Shown here: positions 27,640 to 37,373 of the stretch, in pieces
Position numbering within the stretch: position 1 is the stretch's first letter
Layout of the letters: each line of letters begins with the position of its first letter
Virus record (IMG/VR): IMGVR_UViG_3300009126_000404
Coordinates: 32,001 to 96,000 of that record
Source of the DNA: a virus
Length of the DNA stretch: 64,000 nt
Strand: one strand, 5' to 3'
Notes under the pieces: model-generated
The model's database searches: none
The model's input: only the letters and a program-made list of their open reading frames with translations
What the model was told of the DNA's origin: nothing
Program-made: the position numbers and the translations under genes

Positions 27640-29061
27640 ATGGCAGAAAATAAATTACCAAGTGATACTTTTTGTATATTACCATGGATTCATTTAAGCA
27701 CTAGACCTGACGGAAGTATGAGAGTATGTTGTACTGCAAATGCAAGTGCTGTAGGAGCCACAAATGATAAACTATATGGTGGTAGAGTAGGAATTGTTAA
27801 AACTGATGATGGCATTCCAGCAAATCTTAATAACAGCGACTTAAACAGTTCATGGAATAATAGTTATATGCGGAATGTTCGTAACCAAATGTTAGCTGGT
27901 GGAAAACCTGCTAGTTGTTTAAAATGTTATAAAGAAGAAGCCGCAGGACATAGATCAAAAAGACAATGGGAAACAGATTATTGGATAAGAGATGGAATTG
28001 ATGTAGACGAACTTGTTAAAGAAACATACGAAGATGGGTCAACAGATAGCAAATTACGTTATATTGATATCCGTATGGGTACTAAATGCCAGCTAGGTTG
28101 TATTATGTGTAGTCCACATGATTCAAGTGGTTGGGTTAAAGATTGGAATGCATTATATCCACAAATTACAAATGAGTCATTAAAAGAAACAATGACCTGG
28201 GAAGATAAAGGTAAGCAGTTTGGTGCTAATTATAACTGGCATAAAAATAATCCTACATTTTGGACACAGTTTTACGCACAAATTCCTTACATTAGACAAT
28301 TATACTTTGCAGGTGGTGAATCAACTGTTATTGAAGAACATTACACAATACTATCTAAAGTTATTGAAATGGGTTATGCAGATCAAATTGAAGTACGTTA
28401 TAACTCAAATGGTGTTGAACTTCCTGATCGTTTACTAGAACTATGGTCACACTTCCAAAAAGTACGTTTCCATTATAGTATTGACAGCATTGGTGCAATG
28501 AATGATTATATTCGTTACCCAAGTGAATGGGAACATCAACTTGAGATGTTCAAACGTTTAGACACACAAACATCTAACAATGTAGAAGTTACAATTGCAT
28601 GTGCTGTAAATGCCTTAAACATTCATTACATTCCAGATTTCCTAAAATGGAAATTACAACATGGATTTAATAAAACAAATATGTGGCCATTTGGTGCAGG
28701 AGGTATTAACTACCACTTTGTATACTGGCCAGGACACTTAAACGTTAAGATACTTCCTAACGATTTCCTAGACAAAACAGAAGCCAAGTATGAAGAATTT
28801 ATTAAATGGTGGAAAGAGAATTGGGAACTAGGTGTTCCAAGTTGGCATAAAGGTAAAGTAGATTACCAAACATGGGAAAATGCAAGTTATGGTATTAAAC
28901 GTTTAAGAGGAATGATTAGTTTTGCTCGTAGTGAAGACTGGAGCAGACGACTTCCAGAATTTAGAGAATATATTAATAAACTAGACAAATTGCGTGGAAC
29001 AGATTTCCGTGCAACATTTCCTGATATGGCATACTTGTTAGACGAACCTGATGAAAAATAA
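27640..29061 (+). CDS. N-terminal twitch-domain radical SAM protein (1 of 15)
   Basis: FCILPW...VCC...CLKC, then CQLGCIMC, FAGGE. Confidence 0.92.
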   Translation: MAENKLPSDTFCILPWIHLSTRPDGSMRVCCTANASAVGATNDKLYGGRVGIVKTDDGIPANLNNSDLNSSWNNSYMRNVRNQMLAGGKPASCLKCYKEEAAGHRSKRQWETDYWIRDGIDVDELVKETYEDGSTDSKLRYIDIRMGTKCQLGCIMCSPHDSSGWVKDWNALYPQITNESLKETMTWEDKGKQFGANYNWHKNNPTFWTQFYAQIPYIRQLYFAGGESTVIEEHYTILSKVIEMGYADQIEVRYNSNGVELPDRLLELWSHFQKVRFHYSIDSIGAMNDYIRYPSEWEHQLEMFKRLDTQTSNNVEVTIACAVNALNIHYIPDFLKWKLQHGFNKTNMWPFGAGGINYHFVYWPGHLNVKILPNDFLDKTEAKYEEFIKWWKENWELGVPSWHKGKVDYQTWENASYGIKRLRGMISFARSEDWSRRLPEFREYINKLDKLRGTDFRATFPDMAYLLDEPDEK

Positions 29062-30295
29062 TAAAACAAACACACAATCTCTAGAAGATTTACCAACGAA
29101 AAGTTATTGCGTATTACCATGGACTGCAACAGCAATAGGAGCAGAAGGCCTAGTCGTGCCTTGTTGTAGATGGTTTTCTCAAGAAGATAGATGGATAGAT
29201 GATAATCCACCAAATATTGCAGACGGTCTTACAAACGCCAGAAACAGTGAATTTTTCCAAACAATAAGGCAACAAATGATTGACGGAGAACACCCAAGAG
29301 GTTGTAAGAGGTGTTGGGACGAAGAAGAAAAAGATGTAGGTAATAGAGCAATGCATAGAGTAGGTCAACAACAAAGATTTTCCGATGAGTCACCATATGG
29401 TAGAATAATCGAAATTACTGATAAGCCAGCCAAACTACGACATTTAGAAACTGGCATAAGTAGCCTTTGTAACTTTTCATGTGTAATGTGTATTCCGGAA
29501 AACAGTAGTATAATACATAGTATTCTAAAGCCAGGTAAAAAAATACCCAAAGGGTTTCACAAAGACAATGAAAACATTGATGATGATTTATCTGAATTAC
29601 AATTATTAAAATTAGTAGGTGGCGAACCTATGATTGAAGCGAAACACGATGAACTATTAGAAAAAATTATTGAATTAAATAATGACCCTGGAAATTTAGA
29701 AATACAGTATCATACTAATGTGAGTGTATTTCCAAGCAACAGAGTAATTAATTGTTGGAAGAAATTGAAAAAAGTTGAACTAGTGTTAAGTATAGATGGC
29801 ATTGGAAAATTAGCCACATTACAAAGACCAGGCAATTATAAGTGGCAAGATATAGAAGATACAATAAATAAATATATACAATTAACTAGTGAAGTTAACA
29901 TTGTATTTTCTACCAACGTTGTTCTTACTGCATTAAACATAGGACAGATAATAAATATATGTGAGTGGCTATATAATAAAGTAGAAAAACATACTTCAAT
30001 GGGTTTTGCTTTCCTACAACCAATTGATAAACAACCTTACTCAACTTATATAGATTTTAGAAATTTAAGCAAAGAAACAAAAGAACGAATAAAAAAAGAA
30101 TGGGCAGATTGGGAAGCCACTAATCCACCTGTATTAAACACTGTTTTAAAAGACCTACTAATAGACGCAAAAGGCTATATAGACGAAAAAGGAATTTTAA
30201 ACGAACCATTAACAAAAGAACTAATGTTAGAAAAACATCCTAATGCTAGATTATGGAAACACTTTAACGAAGATTTAACAAATTTGGAGATATAA
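29051..30295 (+). CDS. N-terminal twitch-domain radical SAM protein (2 of 15)
   Basis: YCVLPW...PCC...CKRC; CNFSCVMC; VGGEP. Confidence 0.9.
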   Translation: MKNNKTNTQSLEDLPTKSYCVLPWTATAIGAEGLVVPCCRWFSQEDRWIDDNPPNIADGLTNARNSEFFQTIRQQMIDGEHPRGCKRCWDEEEKDVGNRAMHRVGQQQRFSDESPYGRIIEITDKPAKLRHLETGISSLCNFSCVMCIPENSSIIHSILKPGKKIPKGFHKDNENIDDDLSELQLLKLVGGEPMIEAKHDELLEKIIELNNDPGNLEIQYHTNVSVFPSNRVINCWKKLKKVELVLSIDGIGKLATLQRPGNYKWQDIEDTINKYIQLTSEVNIVFSTNVVLTALNIGQIINICEWLYNKVEKHTSMGFAFLQPIDKQPYSTYIDFRNLSKETKERIKKEWADWEATNPPVLNTVLKDLLIDAKGYIDEKGILNEPLTKELMLEKHPNARLWKHFNEDLTNLEI

Positions 30296-30871
30296 ATGAA
30301 ATATTTACTAGTTGCACTTGAAACAGAGGTGCCAAACATTGAATTACCAGATGATTATACATTAATGATTACAGGCGTAGGTAAAGTAAATGCTACTGTA
30401 ATGGCTACTTTTGCAGCTCTCAACAAAGACTGCGAATGTATTATTAATTATGGAACAGCAGGAACTTTTAATCCTGATTTAGTTGGCAAACTATACAGAA
30501 TTAGCACAGTCAAACAGCGAGATATGGATGCTCGTCCAACATCACCATTAGGAATTACACCATACGAAAACACAAAATTTAATGGTGACTTGCAAATTTA
30601 CAAAGGAAGTAAATTTACATTAAGCACAGGCGATAACTTTGTAAAAGAAAAGCCTGAAATAAAAAGTGATTTCGTAGACATGGAAGGTTATGCTATCGCA
30701 AAAACAGCAGGTATGTTTAACAAGCCATGTATAATGCTAAAATATGCAAGTGACTTAGCTGATGAACAATCGCCAGAAGAATGGCAAGCCAATCAAGCCA
30801 AAGGAAAAGATATGTTTCTAGCATGGCTGTCAGATATGGAAAAGGAAATTCAAAAACTAAAAGATGAGTAA
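30296..30871 (+). CDS. mtnN: 5'-methylthioadenosine/S-adenosylhomocysteine nucleosidase (PNP_UDP family)
   Basis: GVGKVNA, INYGTAG, TGDNFV, DMEGYAIA, KYASD. Confidence 0.8.
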   Translation: MKYLLVALETEVPNIELPDDYTLMITGVGKVNATVMATFAALNKDCECIINYGTAGTFNPDLVGKLYRISTVKQRDMDARPTSPLGITPYENTKFNGDLQIYKGSKFTLSTGDNFVKEKPEIKSDFVDMEGYAIAKTAGMFNKPCIMLKYASDLADEQSPEEWQANQAKGKDMFLAWLSDMEKEIQKLKDE

Positions 30872-32126
30872 AAACGATTCAGGCTTTTGTGCATTACCAT
30901 TTGTGCAATATAGCACCTATAACGGAGGCCGTTTTAGGCTATGTTGTATGGCTAAGGAACCTAAAGAACTTGTTAATCAAGAAGAACTAGGCATAGATGG
31001 TACATGGAATCATAATTATATAAAAGATGTAAGACGTAGAATGACTGCTGGTGAGAAACTACCAGAATGTATTGAATGTCATCATTTAGAACGTAACGAC
31101 ATAATGAGCTCACGCCAATGGGAAAACAAAGTGTGGGCAGATGTTATTGACGATGTAGTAGCCAAGGCATCCGTTAATGATTGGGAGATTGATCAACCCT
31201 TACAATTTGATTTTAGACTTGGTAATTTATGCAATTTGCAGTGTCAAATGTGTAACAAAGAAGCATCTCACTTAGTGAGTGTGGAACGTGCGGCAATGGT
31301 ACAAAGCGGACTCGGAGCGAACCATCCTGATTGGGACGGCATGATTGCAGACAAAAAAGAAGCATTACTTCAACCAGGAATAGAATGGGAAAGTTTCGAA
31401 AGAATGCTACCATATGCTCGTAAGATAAAGTTAATAGGTGGTGAACCAACAGTAGCGGCTGATATGTTCAAGTTGTTAGATATTGCTACTGAAACTGGAC
31501 ATGCAGATCATATAGAATTAAGTTTTTATACAAACATTACTAATATGCAAGACAAATGGCTTAACCAGTTAGCCAAGTTTGAAAAAGTAATTGTTAATTG
31601 CTCATTGGAAGGAATGGGAGATATGAATGACTATCTAAGACCCCCTTCCAAATGGGCTTCTGTTTGGAATAACTTTGATAAGTTAGTAAAGTTTTCTGAT
31701 ACTAAAGAAGGTAAACGTATAAAGCCTCGGGTTACTACAGTAAACCAATTAACTAATGCATTACATACAACAAAATTTTGGAAGTATATGCATGATTACC
31801 AAATGACTAGTAATAGAGGTATTGGAATGAGTTCCAATCAATTAGTGGAGCCAAACTATTATAGTATGGCATATGCTCCTGATTGGTTAAAATGGGAACA
31901 ACGTGAGCAAATTTTAGAATTCCTCGACAGTATTAAAGATAGTCCACATTTTAAGCAGTACGAAGAACCTCTTATGGAAATTGTTAATTTTAGTCTTGAT
32001 CCTAAACACAAGTATGATCCTAAAGTTATACAACAATATATTAAAGTTACAGAGAATTATGATAAACATAGGGGACACGATATTAACAAAGTGTCACCAG
32101 AATTTTCTAGACTTAAAAATATTTAA
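30864..32126 (+). CDS. N-terminal twitch-domain radical SAM protein (3 of 15)
   Basis: FCALPF...LCC...CIEC; CNLQCQMC; IGGEP. Confidence 0.92.
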   Translation: MSKNDSGFCALPFVQYSTYNGGRFRLCCMAKEPKELVNQEELGIDGTWNHNYIKDVRRRMTAGEKLPECIECHHLERNDIMSSRQWENKVWADVIDDVVAKASVNDWEIDQPLQFDFRLGNLCNLQCQMCNKEASHLVSVERAAMVQSGLGANHPDWDGMIADKKEALLQPGIEWESFERMLPYARKIKLIGGEPTVAADMFKLLDIATETGHADHIELSFYTNITNMQDKWLNQLAKFEKVIVNCSLEGMGDMNDYLRPPSKWASVWNNFDKLVKFSDTKEGKRIKPRVTTVNQLTNALHTTKFWKYMHDYQMTSNRGIGMSSNQLVEPNYYSMAYAPDWLKWEQREQILEFLDSIKDSPHFKQYEEPLMEIVNFSLDPKHKYDPKVIQQYIKVTENYDKHRGHDINKVSPEFSRLKNI

Positions 32127-32943
32127 TACGTTCTGCTATACATAGCTCAGGTTTGAGCAAACTCTCATTTAATATATCAGCTTCAAAGCATTGTAACTTT
32201 GTGCCATATACAATTTGGTGTGTAATCCATTGTGCATTAAAGAACCAAATATCACCTGGATCAAATGTAATATAATGTAACGGGTGATGAAATTGATCCC
32301 ATTTCTGTTCGTTCCAAACACAACGATTACGAATTTCTGTTATAAAAGAATGTATATTTTCTTTATCAAGTTCACCTAATTTAAAGTCATCATAATATTC
32401 TTTATATAGTTGTTCTACGTCTGGACCAAATGTTAGTACTCTTGAACGTTTTTTGTCTAGTTGTACAAACATACGTATTTGTTGCTCGTTGCCAGTATGC
32501 TGTTCGTCTAGTTCATCTAAATGTAATTTATTTTCTACTAATGTATTATATCTATGACTAAGCATACGTTCACTTGTTTTATAATGTGGGAACAACATAT
32601 TAAATATTTCATTCCAGCCTTCTTGTGATTGTTTATGTTTTTTATGAAATACATCTATTTGTTCTTCAGTCCAATCACGTTCATCACGTAGTCTGTCACG
32701 TTTTTTAATATGACTATTATACCATGGCATAATCCATTTATTATCTGGAATAGTCCAATCTGGTAAGTCGTCATAGTATTCGTAGTCTAGGTTTGGTATA
32801 GTTAGATTCTTAATAACTACAGGCCAGCCGCTCTCAAAAGCAGTATACAGCCTATAATTGTCTTCTAAATCTTGGGTGTTAGCGTCGAATATATTGACGA
32901 TAAAATCATCTTTTGCTCTAATATCTTTAGCAATACGGGTCAT
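32113..32943 (-). CDS. Kdo-hydroxylase (KdoO)-like Fe/2OG oxygenase
   Basis: AFESGWPVV, LHLD (HxD), RMFVQLD..RSRV..FG, FDPGDIWFF...THQIVYG, resembling the recalled KdoO pattern. Confidence 0.55.
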   Translation of the reverse strand: MTRIAKDIRAKDDFIVNIFDANTQDLEDNYRLYTAFESGWPVVIKNLTIPNLDYEYYDDLPDWTIPDNKWIMPWYNSHIKKRDRLRDERDWTEEQIDVFHKKHKQSQEGWNEIFNMLFPHYKTSERMLSHRYNTLVENKLHLDELDEQHTGNEQQIRMFVQLDKKRSRVLTFGPDVEQLYKEYYDDFKLGELDKENIHSFITEIRNRCVWNEQKWDQFHHPLHYITFDPGDIWFFNAQWITHQIVYGTKLQCFEADILNESLLKPELCIAERIKYF

Positions 32944-32965
32944 ATAACCTCCATTAAATCTTTAG

Positions 32966-32985
32966 ATAAATACTAATATATTTAT
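32966..32985. promoter_or_regulatory. Inverted pair of ATAAATA boxes (candidate bidirectional late promoter)
   Basis: ATAAATA 32966-32972 (+) and TATTTAT 32979-32985 (-), 6 nt apart, between divergent genes. Confidence 0.55.
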
Positions 32986-33039
32986 GCAAGTAAATTCTGG
33001 GCGTCAACCATTAAATAATTCAAACATAAAAGAGAAAAT

Positions 33040-34125
33040 ATGACAAAAGCAGTTAACGTATGGAGTGAATTTCAACCACTTAAAAAAATAATACTTGGTG
33101 CACCGTTTCCACCTGAAACATTTGATTGGCATAAAGACGAGGAAACTCGTACTGTTATGCGTCAAATATTCAAAGAAACCGCAGAAGATATTGAAATACT
33201 TGCAAAATTATTAGAAGATAGAGGTATTGAGGTACTGCGTCCTAGTAATATTTTTACAATTACAGGTGAAGAACAAATACAATTACCTTGGATGCATTGT
33301 GGATTTCCTAACCACCCACTAATGCCACGCGATACATTAATGCCTTATGGTAACAGTATATTTGAATTATTTACAGGTAGCGATAATCGTTACTTTGAGA
33401 ATCTGGCTTACTATGATCATTGTTCGCAATGGTTTAAAGAAGGAGCCGATTGGGTTAGTATGCCAGGAGTATTAGTAGAGAGTGGTAAGAAATATGACCA
33501 CTTTGTTGCAAACGATCGAGTACTTTATCACGCGGCAAATATGATAAAGTGCGGACGCCATGTGTTATTCAGCCAGCCGTATGAGGGCGATAGCAAACGT
33601 GGTAGGGGTACGGAACTGGGCCGTGAATGGATCCAACGTGAAATAAAGTTGAGATATCCTAATACCGAATTTTTGGACATTCCAGTAGGAGGACACATCG
33701 ACGGCAAGATAGCTCTACTAAAACCTGGTGTACTAATGACTTGGAATAGAAATTGGGTACCTGATGAAATGAAGCATTGGCACATTATTGAAGTAGCAGA
33801 TGATTTTGATATGCCTGAAGACTTTCAACAAACTCGTAAACGTAGATTCCACAAAGACTATGTAAGCAAATGGTTAAGCCATTGGGTAGGTTGCCCAGAT
33901 GAAAGTGTGTTTGATGTTAACGTATTATCGTTAGATGAAAGCACTGTTATTTGTACAGGCAAAAATGAACAAGCATTTGCAGAAATGGAAGCACATGGAA
34001 TTGAACCAATATACTGGAACTTTAGACATCAGTACTTTTGGGACGGAGGCATACATTGCCTAACAAGCGATATTGTAAGAGAAGGCAATTGCAACGATTA
34101 CATAACTAACAAGAGATATTATTAA
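33040..34125 (+). CDS. Amidinotransferase (glycine/inosamine-phosphate amidinotransferase family)
   Basis: VNVWSEFQPLKKIILG, MPRD, HIDG, GGIHC catalytic Cys. Confidence 0.88.
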   Translation: MTKAVNVWSEFQPLKKIILGAPFPPETFDWHKDEETRTVMRQIFKETAEDIEILAKLLEDRGIEVLRPSNIFTITGEEQIQLPWMHCGFPNHPLMPRDTLMPYGNSIFELFTGSDNRYFENLAYYDHCSQWFKEGADWVSMPGVLVESGKKYDHFVANDRVLYHAANMIKCGRHVLFSQPYEGDSKRGRGTELGREWIQREIKLRYPNTEFLDIPVGGHIDGKIALLKPGVLMTWNRNWVPDEMKHWHIIEVADDFDMPEDFQQTRKRRFHKDYVSKWLSHWVGCPDESVFDVNVLSLDESTVICTGKNEQAFAEMEAHGIEPIYWNFRHQYFWDGGIHCLTSDIVREGNCNDYITNKRYY

Positions 34126-35225
34126 TGAACTGGTATAGACAAATACATAAACTACAAATAGACGTAACTAGTCACTGTAATGCAAGATGTGGTGCATGTA
34201 TAAGAAATATAAGTGGCGGGAAAACAAGACCTGGATTAAAACTATCTCATTTTGATCTTGATGTATGGAAAAGAATGGCAAGAGAAGATACCAAAGGTTG
34301 GTGGGTTAGACAATTAACATTAAATGGAAATTGGGGCGACCCGATGATGCACCCAGATTTAGTAGAAATGCTAGAATTTTGGATAGATCAACATCCAGAA
34401 AGTTTTATTTCAATTGCAACAAATGGAAGTATGCGTGGAACTCAATTTTGGGCAGACCTTGCTAAAGTATTAAGACAAGGTTCTCATCATAAAATTGATT
34501 TTGCTGTAGACGGAATGGAAGATACTCATCATTTATATAGAAGAAGAACCGTGTTTTCTAAATTAACAGAAAATATTAAAAGTTTCACTGACGCAGGTGG
34601 AAACGCAAATGTACAAATGACTATGTTTGAACATAACAAACATCAAATTGAAGAAGTTAAAGAATTATCAAGGCAGTTAGGAGTACGAGAGTTTGTCGCA
34701 AGAAGAAGTCACAGTGCAGAAATGCAAATTATAGATGAGGGTGAAGACTATCATATAAGTGGATATTATCCATCAAATGATAAAAATTATATTGTTGGAA
34801 CCGATAAACCGCAAATGTCAGCACGGTTTGAAGAAAATGACCATCCAGTAAGTGATAATAGAGATAGAATATGGCTAAGGGCAAATGACATATTTGAAGA
34901 ATTAAACGAAAATCATATACCAAGCAAATGTCCATGGAAGGACGAAGGTGAAGTACAAATTGATCCATGGGGTACTGTATGGCCGTGTTGTCATATAAGT
35001 TTATATGGTGGCGATAGGGCATCAGAATCTATGTCTATAGCTAGTGACTTTAGCCAAGAAGCAGAAGATGATAATTTAATTAATAAAGGTCAGAGAGATA
35101 ATAACTTACATGATAATTCGTTAAAAGATATATTAAACGGCTATTGGTTTAATGATATATTAAACAATGCAATAGAAAATGCAGATTGGAAAGTATGTAG
35201 AAAGAATTGTGGGGTGTGTAAATAA
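34125..35225 (+). CDS. Radical SAM protein with C-terminal SPASM/twitch (4 of 15)
   Basis: CNARCGAC, GNWGDP, TNG; KCPW...VWPCC...CRKNC. Confidence 0.92.
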   Translation: MNWYRQIHKLQIDVTSHCNARCGACIRNISGGKTRPGLKLSHFDLDVWKRMAREDTKGWWVRQLTLNGNWGDPMMHPDLVEMLEFWIDQHPESFISIATNGSMRGTQFWADLAKVLRQGSHHKIDFAVDGMEDTHHLYRRRTVFSKLTENIKSFTDAGGNANVQMTMFEHNKHQIEEVKELSRQLGVREFVARRSHSAEMQIIDEGEDYHISGYYPSNDKNYIVGTDKPQMSARFEENDHPVSDNRDRIWLRANDIFEELNENHIPSKCPWKDEGEVQIDPWGTVWPCCHISLYGGDRASESMSIASDFSQEAEDDNLINKGQRDNNLHDNSLKDILNGYWFNDILNNAIENADWKVCRKNCGVCK

Positions 35226-36475
35226 TGTACGTTAATCCAATGTTAAACGATACTCGCTATCCAACGTGCCTTGCACCTTGGAACGCATTGACTATTAAAT
35301 GGGGTGGTAATGTATTGCCGGACATTATCTATAATGGAAAATTTGGTAACATTACAAAACAAACATTACCTGAAATTTTGAATAGTGACGAAGCAGTAGC
35401 ATTAAGAAAGTCACACGCAGATAGAATAGTACCTAAGGCATGTTTGGCGTGTACTAAAAAAGAACAAAGCGGCAAAAGCCGTAGAATGTATTTTTGGGAT
35501 AAACTAGATGAAGATGTAAAACGTGGTAGTATTAAAAATACCGTAGACAGTAAGCCCGATATACGTTATTTAGACTTTACAATTAGTAATAAATGCAACC
35601 TAGCATGTATACATTGTAACCCATTTGTTAGCACAGGTTGGACCAAAGACGGAAAGAAATTAAACAAAGAAGCACCAGAATACTGGACTCAACAACAAAT
35701 TGGTTATCACGGTGTGGAAGATATGTCATTCCTTGATAACTTATTTGCAGACCCAGAATATTTTCGTAACTTACAGTGGGTAGCACTAAGAGGCGGCGAA
35801 CCTTTATATGATGAAAGTTGTAAAGCAATATTACAATGGTTTATTGATCAAGGACTAGCAAAAAACATTATGTTAGATATTAGTACAAATGCAACAGTAT
35901 TTGATGAAGATTTTCAAAAAATATTTAAACATTTTAAGCACATTGAATTACTTATTAGTATAGAAGCAGTTGACGAATTATATAGTGTAGTACGTGGTGG
36001 ACAATACACATTTGAAGATTTAGAAAGAAACATAGAAAAGTTTTACGAATACCCAAACATTGAAGTTGTGTTTGCCGTGACAGTTATGCTAACAAATGTA
36101 TTTGGGTTAGATAAAGTATGGAATTGGTTTAAAGAAAAACATGTACATAGAGCAAGTATAAGCATGAGCAACGTAGTAGTAAATCCTACATACCTCAATA
36201 TTGCATTCATGCCAGACGTATTAAAGTACATTATGTATGATAAATTACTACAGATTCCAGATCAAAGCATTTGGCCTAAAGGAAGTTATCATGCAGATGA
36301 AATACATTATCAAACAGGCATCCATGCTATTCGTGACGGATTACAAGTTGAAGTAGACGAAGCAGAACAAAAAAAGCAATGGAATTGGTTTGTTAAGTAT
36401 ACTGAAGACTTGGATAGATTACGTGGCACAGACACGTTTGCACTAATAAAGGAATTAAAATTATATAATGAATAA
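35225..36475 (+). CDS. N-terminal twitch-domain radical SAM protein (5 of 15)
   Basis: TCLAPW...CLAC; CNLACIHC; RGGEP. The usual CC pair is absent (VLPDI). Confidence 0.9.
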   Translation: MYVNPMLNDTRYPTCLAPWNALTIKWGGNVLPDIIYNGKFGNITKQTLPEILNSDEAVALRKSHADRIVPKACLACTKKEQSGKSRRMYFWDKLDEDVKRGSIKNTVDSKPDIRYLDFTISNKCNLACIHCNPFVSTGWTKDGKKLNKEAPEYWTQQQIGYHGVEDMSFLDNLFADPEYFRNLQWVALRGGEPLYDESCKAILQWFIDQGLAKNIMLDISTNATVFDEDFQKIFKHFKHIELLISIEAVDELYSVVRGGQYTFEDLERNIEKFYEYPNIEVVFAVTVMLTNVFGLDKVWNWFKEKHVHRASISMSNVVVNPTYLNIAFMPDVLKYIMYDKLLQIPDQSIWPKGSYHADEIHYQTGIHAIRDGLQVEVDEAEQKKQWNWFVKYTEDLDRLRGTDTFALIKELKLYNE

Positions 36476-37373
36476 CCCAGACTTTGGAAAAACAGGAAAC
36501 AGTGTATGGAACCAACCATATTTTGATTATTTAAATGAAACATTCTTTCCTAATATAGATATATCAACACTAGCTGATGAATCTAACATTATGTTGGATA
36601 GATATCAAGGATGGATTGAAAGCAGTAAACTAAACAAGTTTAATGGACTAGATGCATTTCCTTATCGTTTTGCAAGTGTAGGAACTACACAAACATTAGA
36701 TTGGTGGCATTACTATTGCTCAGTAAATAATCTTAACCTTAAAATGTTTAGAGGCGAGTACCCGTATAATAGAGATGTTTATATGCAAAAGAAAATAGAA
36801 TGGTCACATAGTATTGACGACATAGGATTAACACAAGGCGATGCAGTTTTAGTAAGTGTACCATTTAGTGGTACTGGGCGTGTTCCTGAAAGGTGGAACG
36901 ATATAATTAAAATATGTAATCAATTAAAAATTCCAGTACTAGTAGATTGTGCATGGTTTGGAACTTGTTTTGATATTGAAATAAATTTAGATGAACCGTG
37001 TATTAAAATGGTTGTGTTTAGTACTACAAAAGGATTAAGTTGTGGTAACTGGCGTAGTGGTATTGTATTCTCACGTATAAACGAAGGTAGTTTAGAAGTA
37101 CAAACAGATTGGAATCATGGAAATCATTTAGCGACAGCAATTGCTAACAGGCTTATGGAAAAATTTGGACCCGACACTATTCCTAAAAAATATTTAGATT
37201 CACATATTGCTGTATGTGAACATTATGGATTTGAAATGACAAACACAGTACATATTGCACTAGCACCAAAAGGACCTAAGTATGATGAGTTTCATAGAGA
37301 TGGAATATATAACAGAATTAATATTGCAAAAGCATTAAAACGTCACAAAACAAAAGGAAACTTTTATGAATAG
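36468..37373 (+). CDS. PLP-dependent fold-type-I enzyme (aminotransferase-like)
   Basis: VLVDCAWFG (Asp for pyridine N) and FSTTKG (Schiff-base Lys). Confidence 0.6.
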   Translation: MNNPDFGKTGNSVWNQPYFDYLNETFFPNIDISTLADESNIMLDRYQGWIESSKLNKFNGLDAFPYRFASVGTTQTLDWWHYYCSVNNLNLKMFRGEYPYNRDVYMQKKIEWSHSIDDIGLTQGDAVLVSVPFSGTGRVPERWNDIIKICNQLKIPVLVDCAWFGTCFDIEINLDEPCIKMVVFSTTKGLSCGNWRSGIVFSRINEGSLEVQTDWNHGNHLATAIANRLMEKFGPDTIPKKYLDSHIAVCEHYGFEMTNTVHIALAPKGPKYDEFHRDGIYNRINIAKALKRHKTKGNFYE

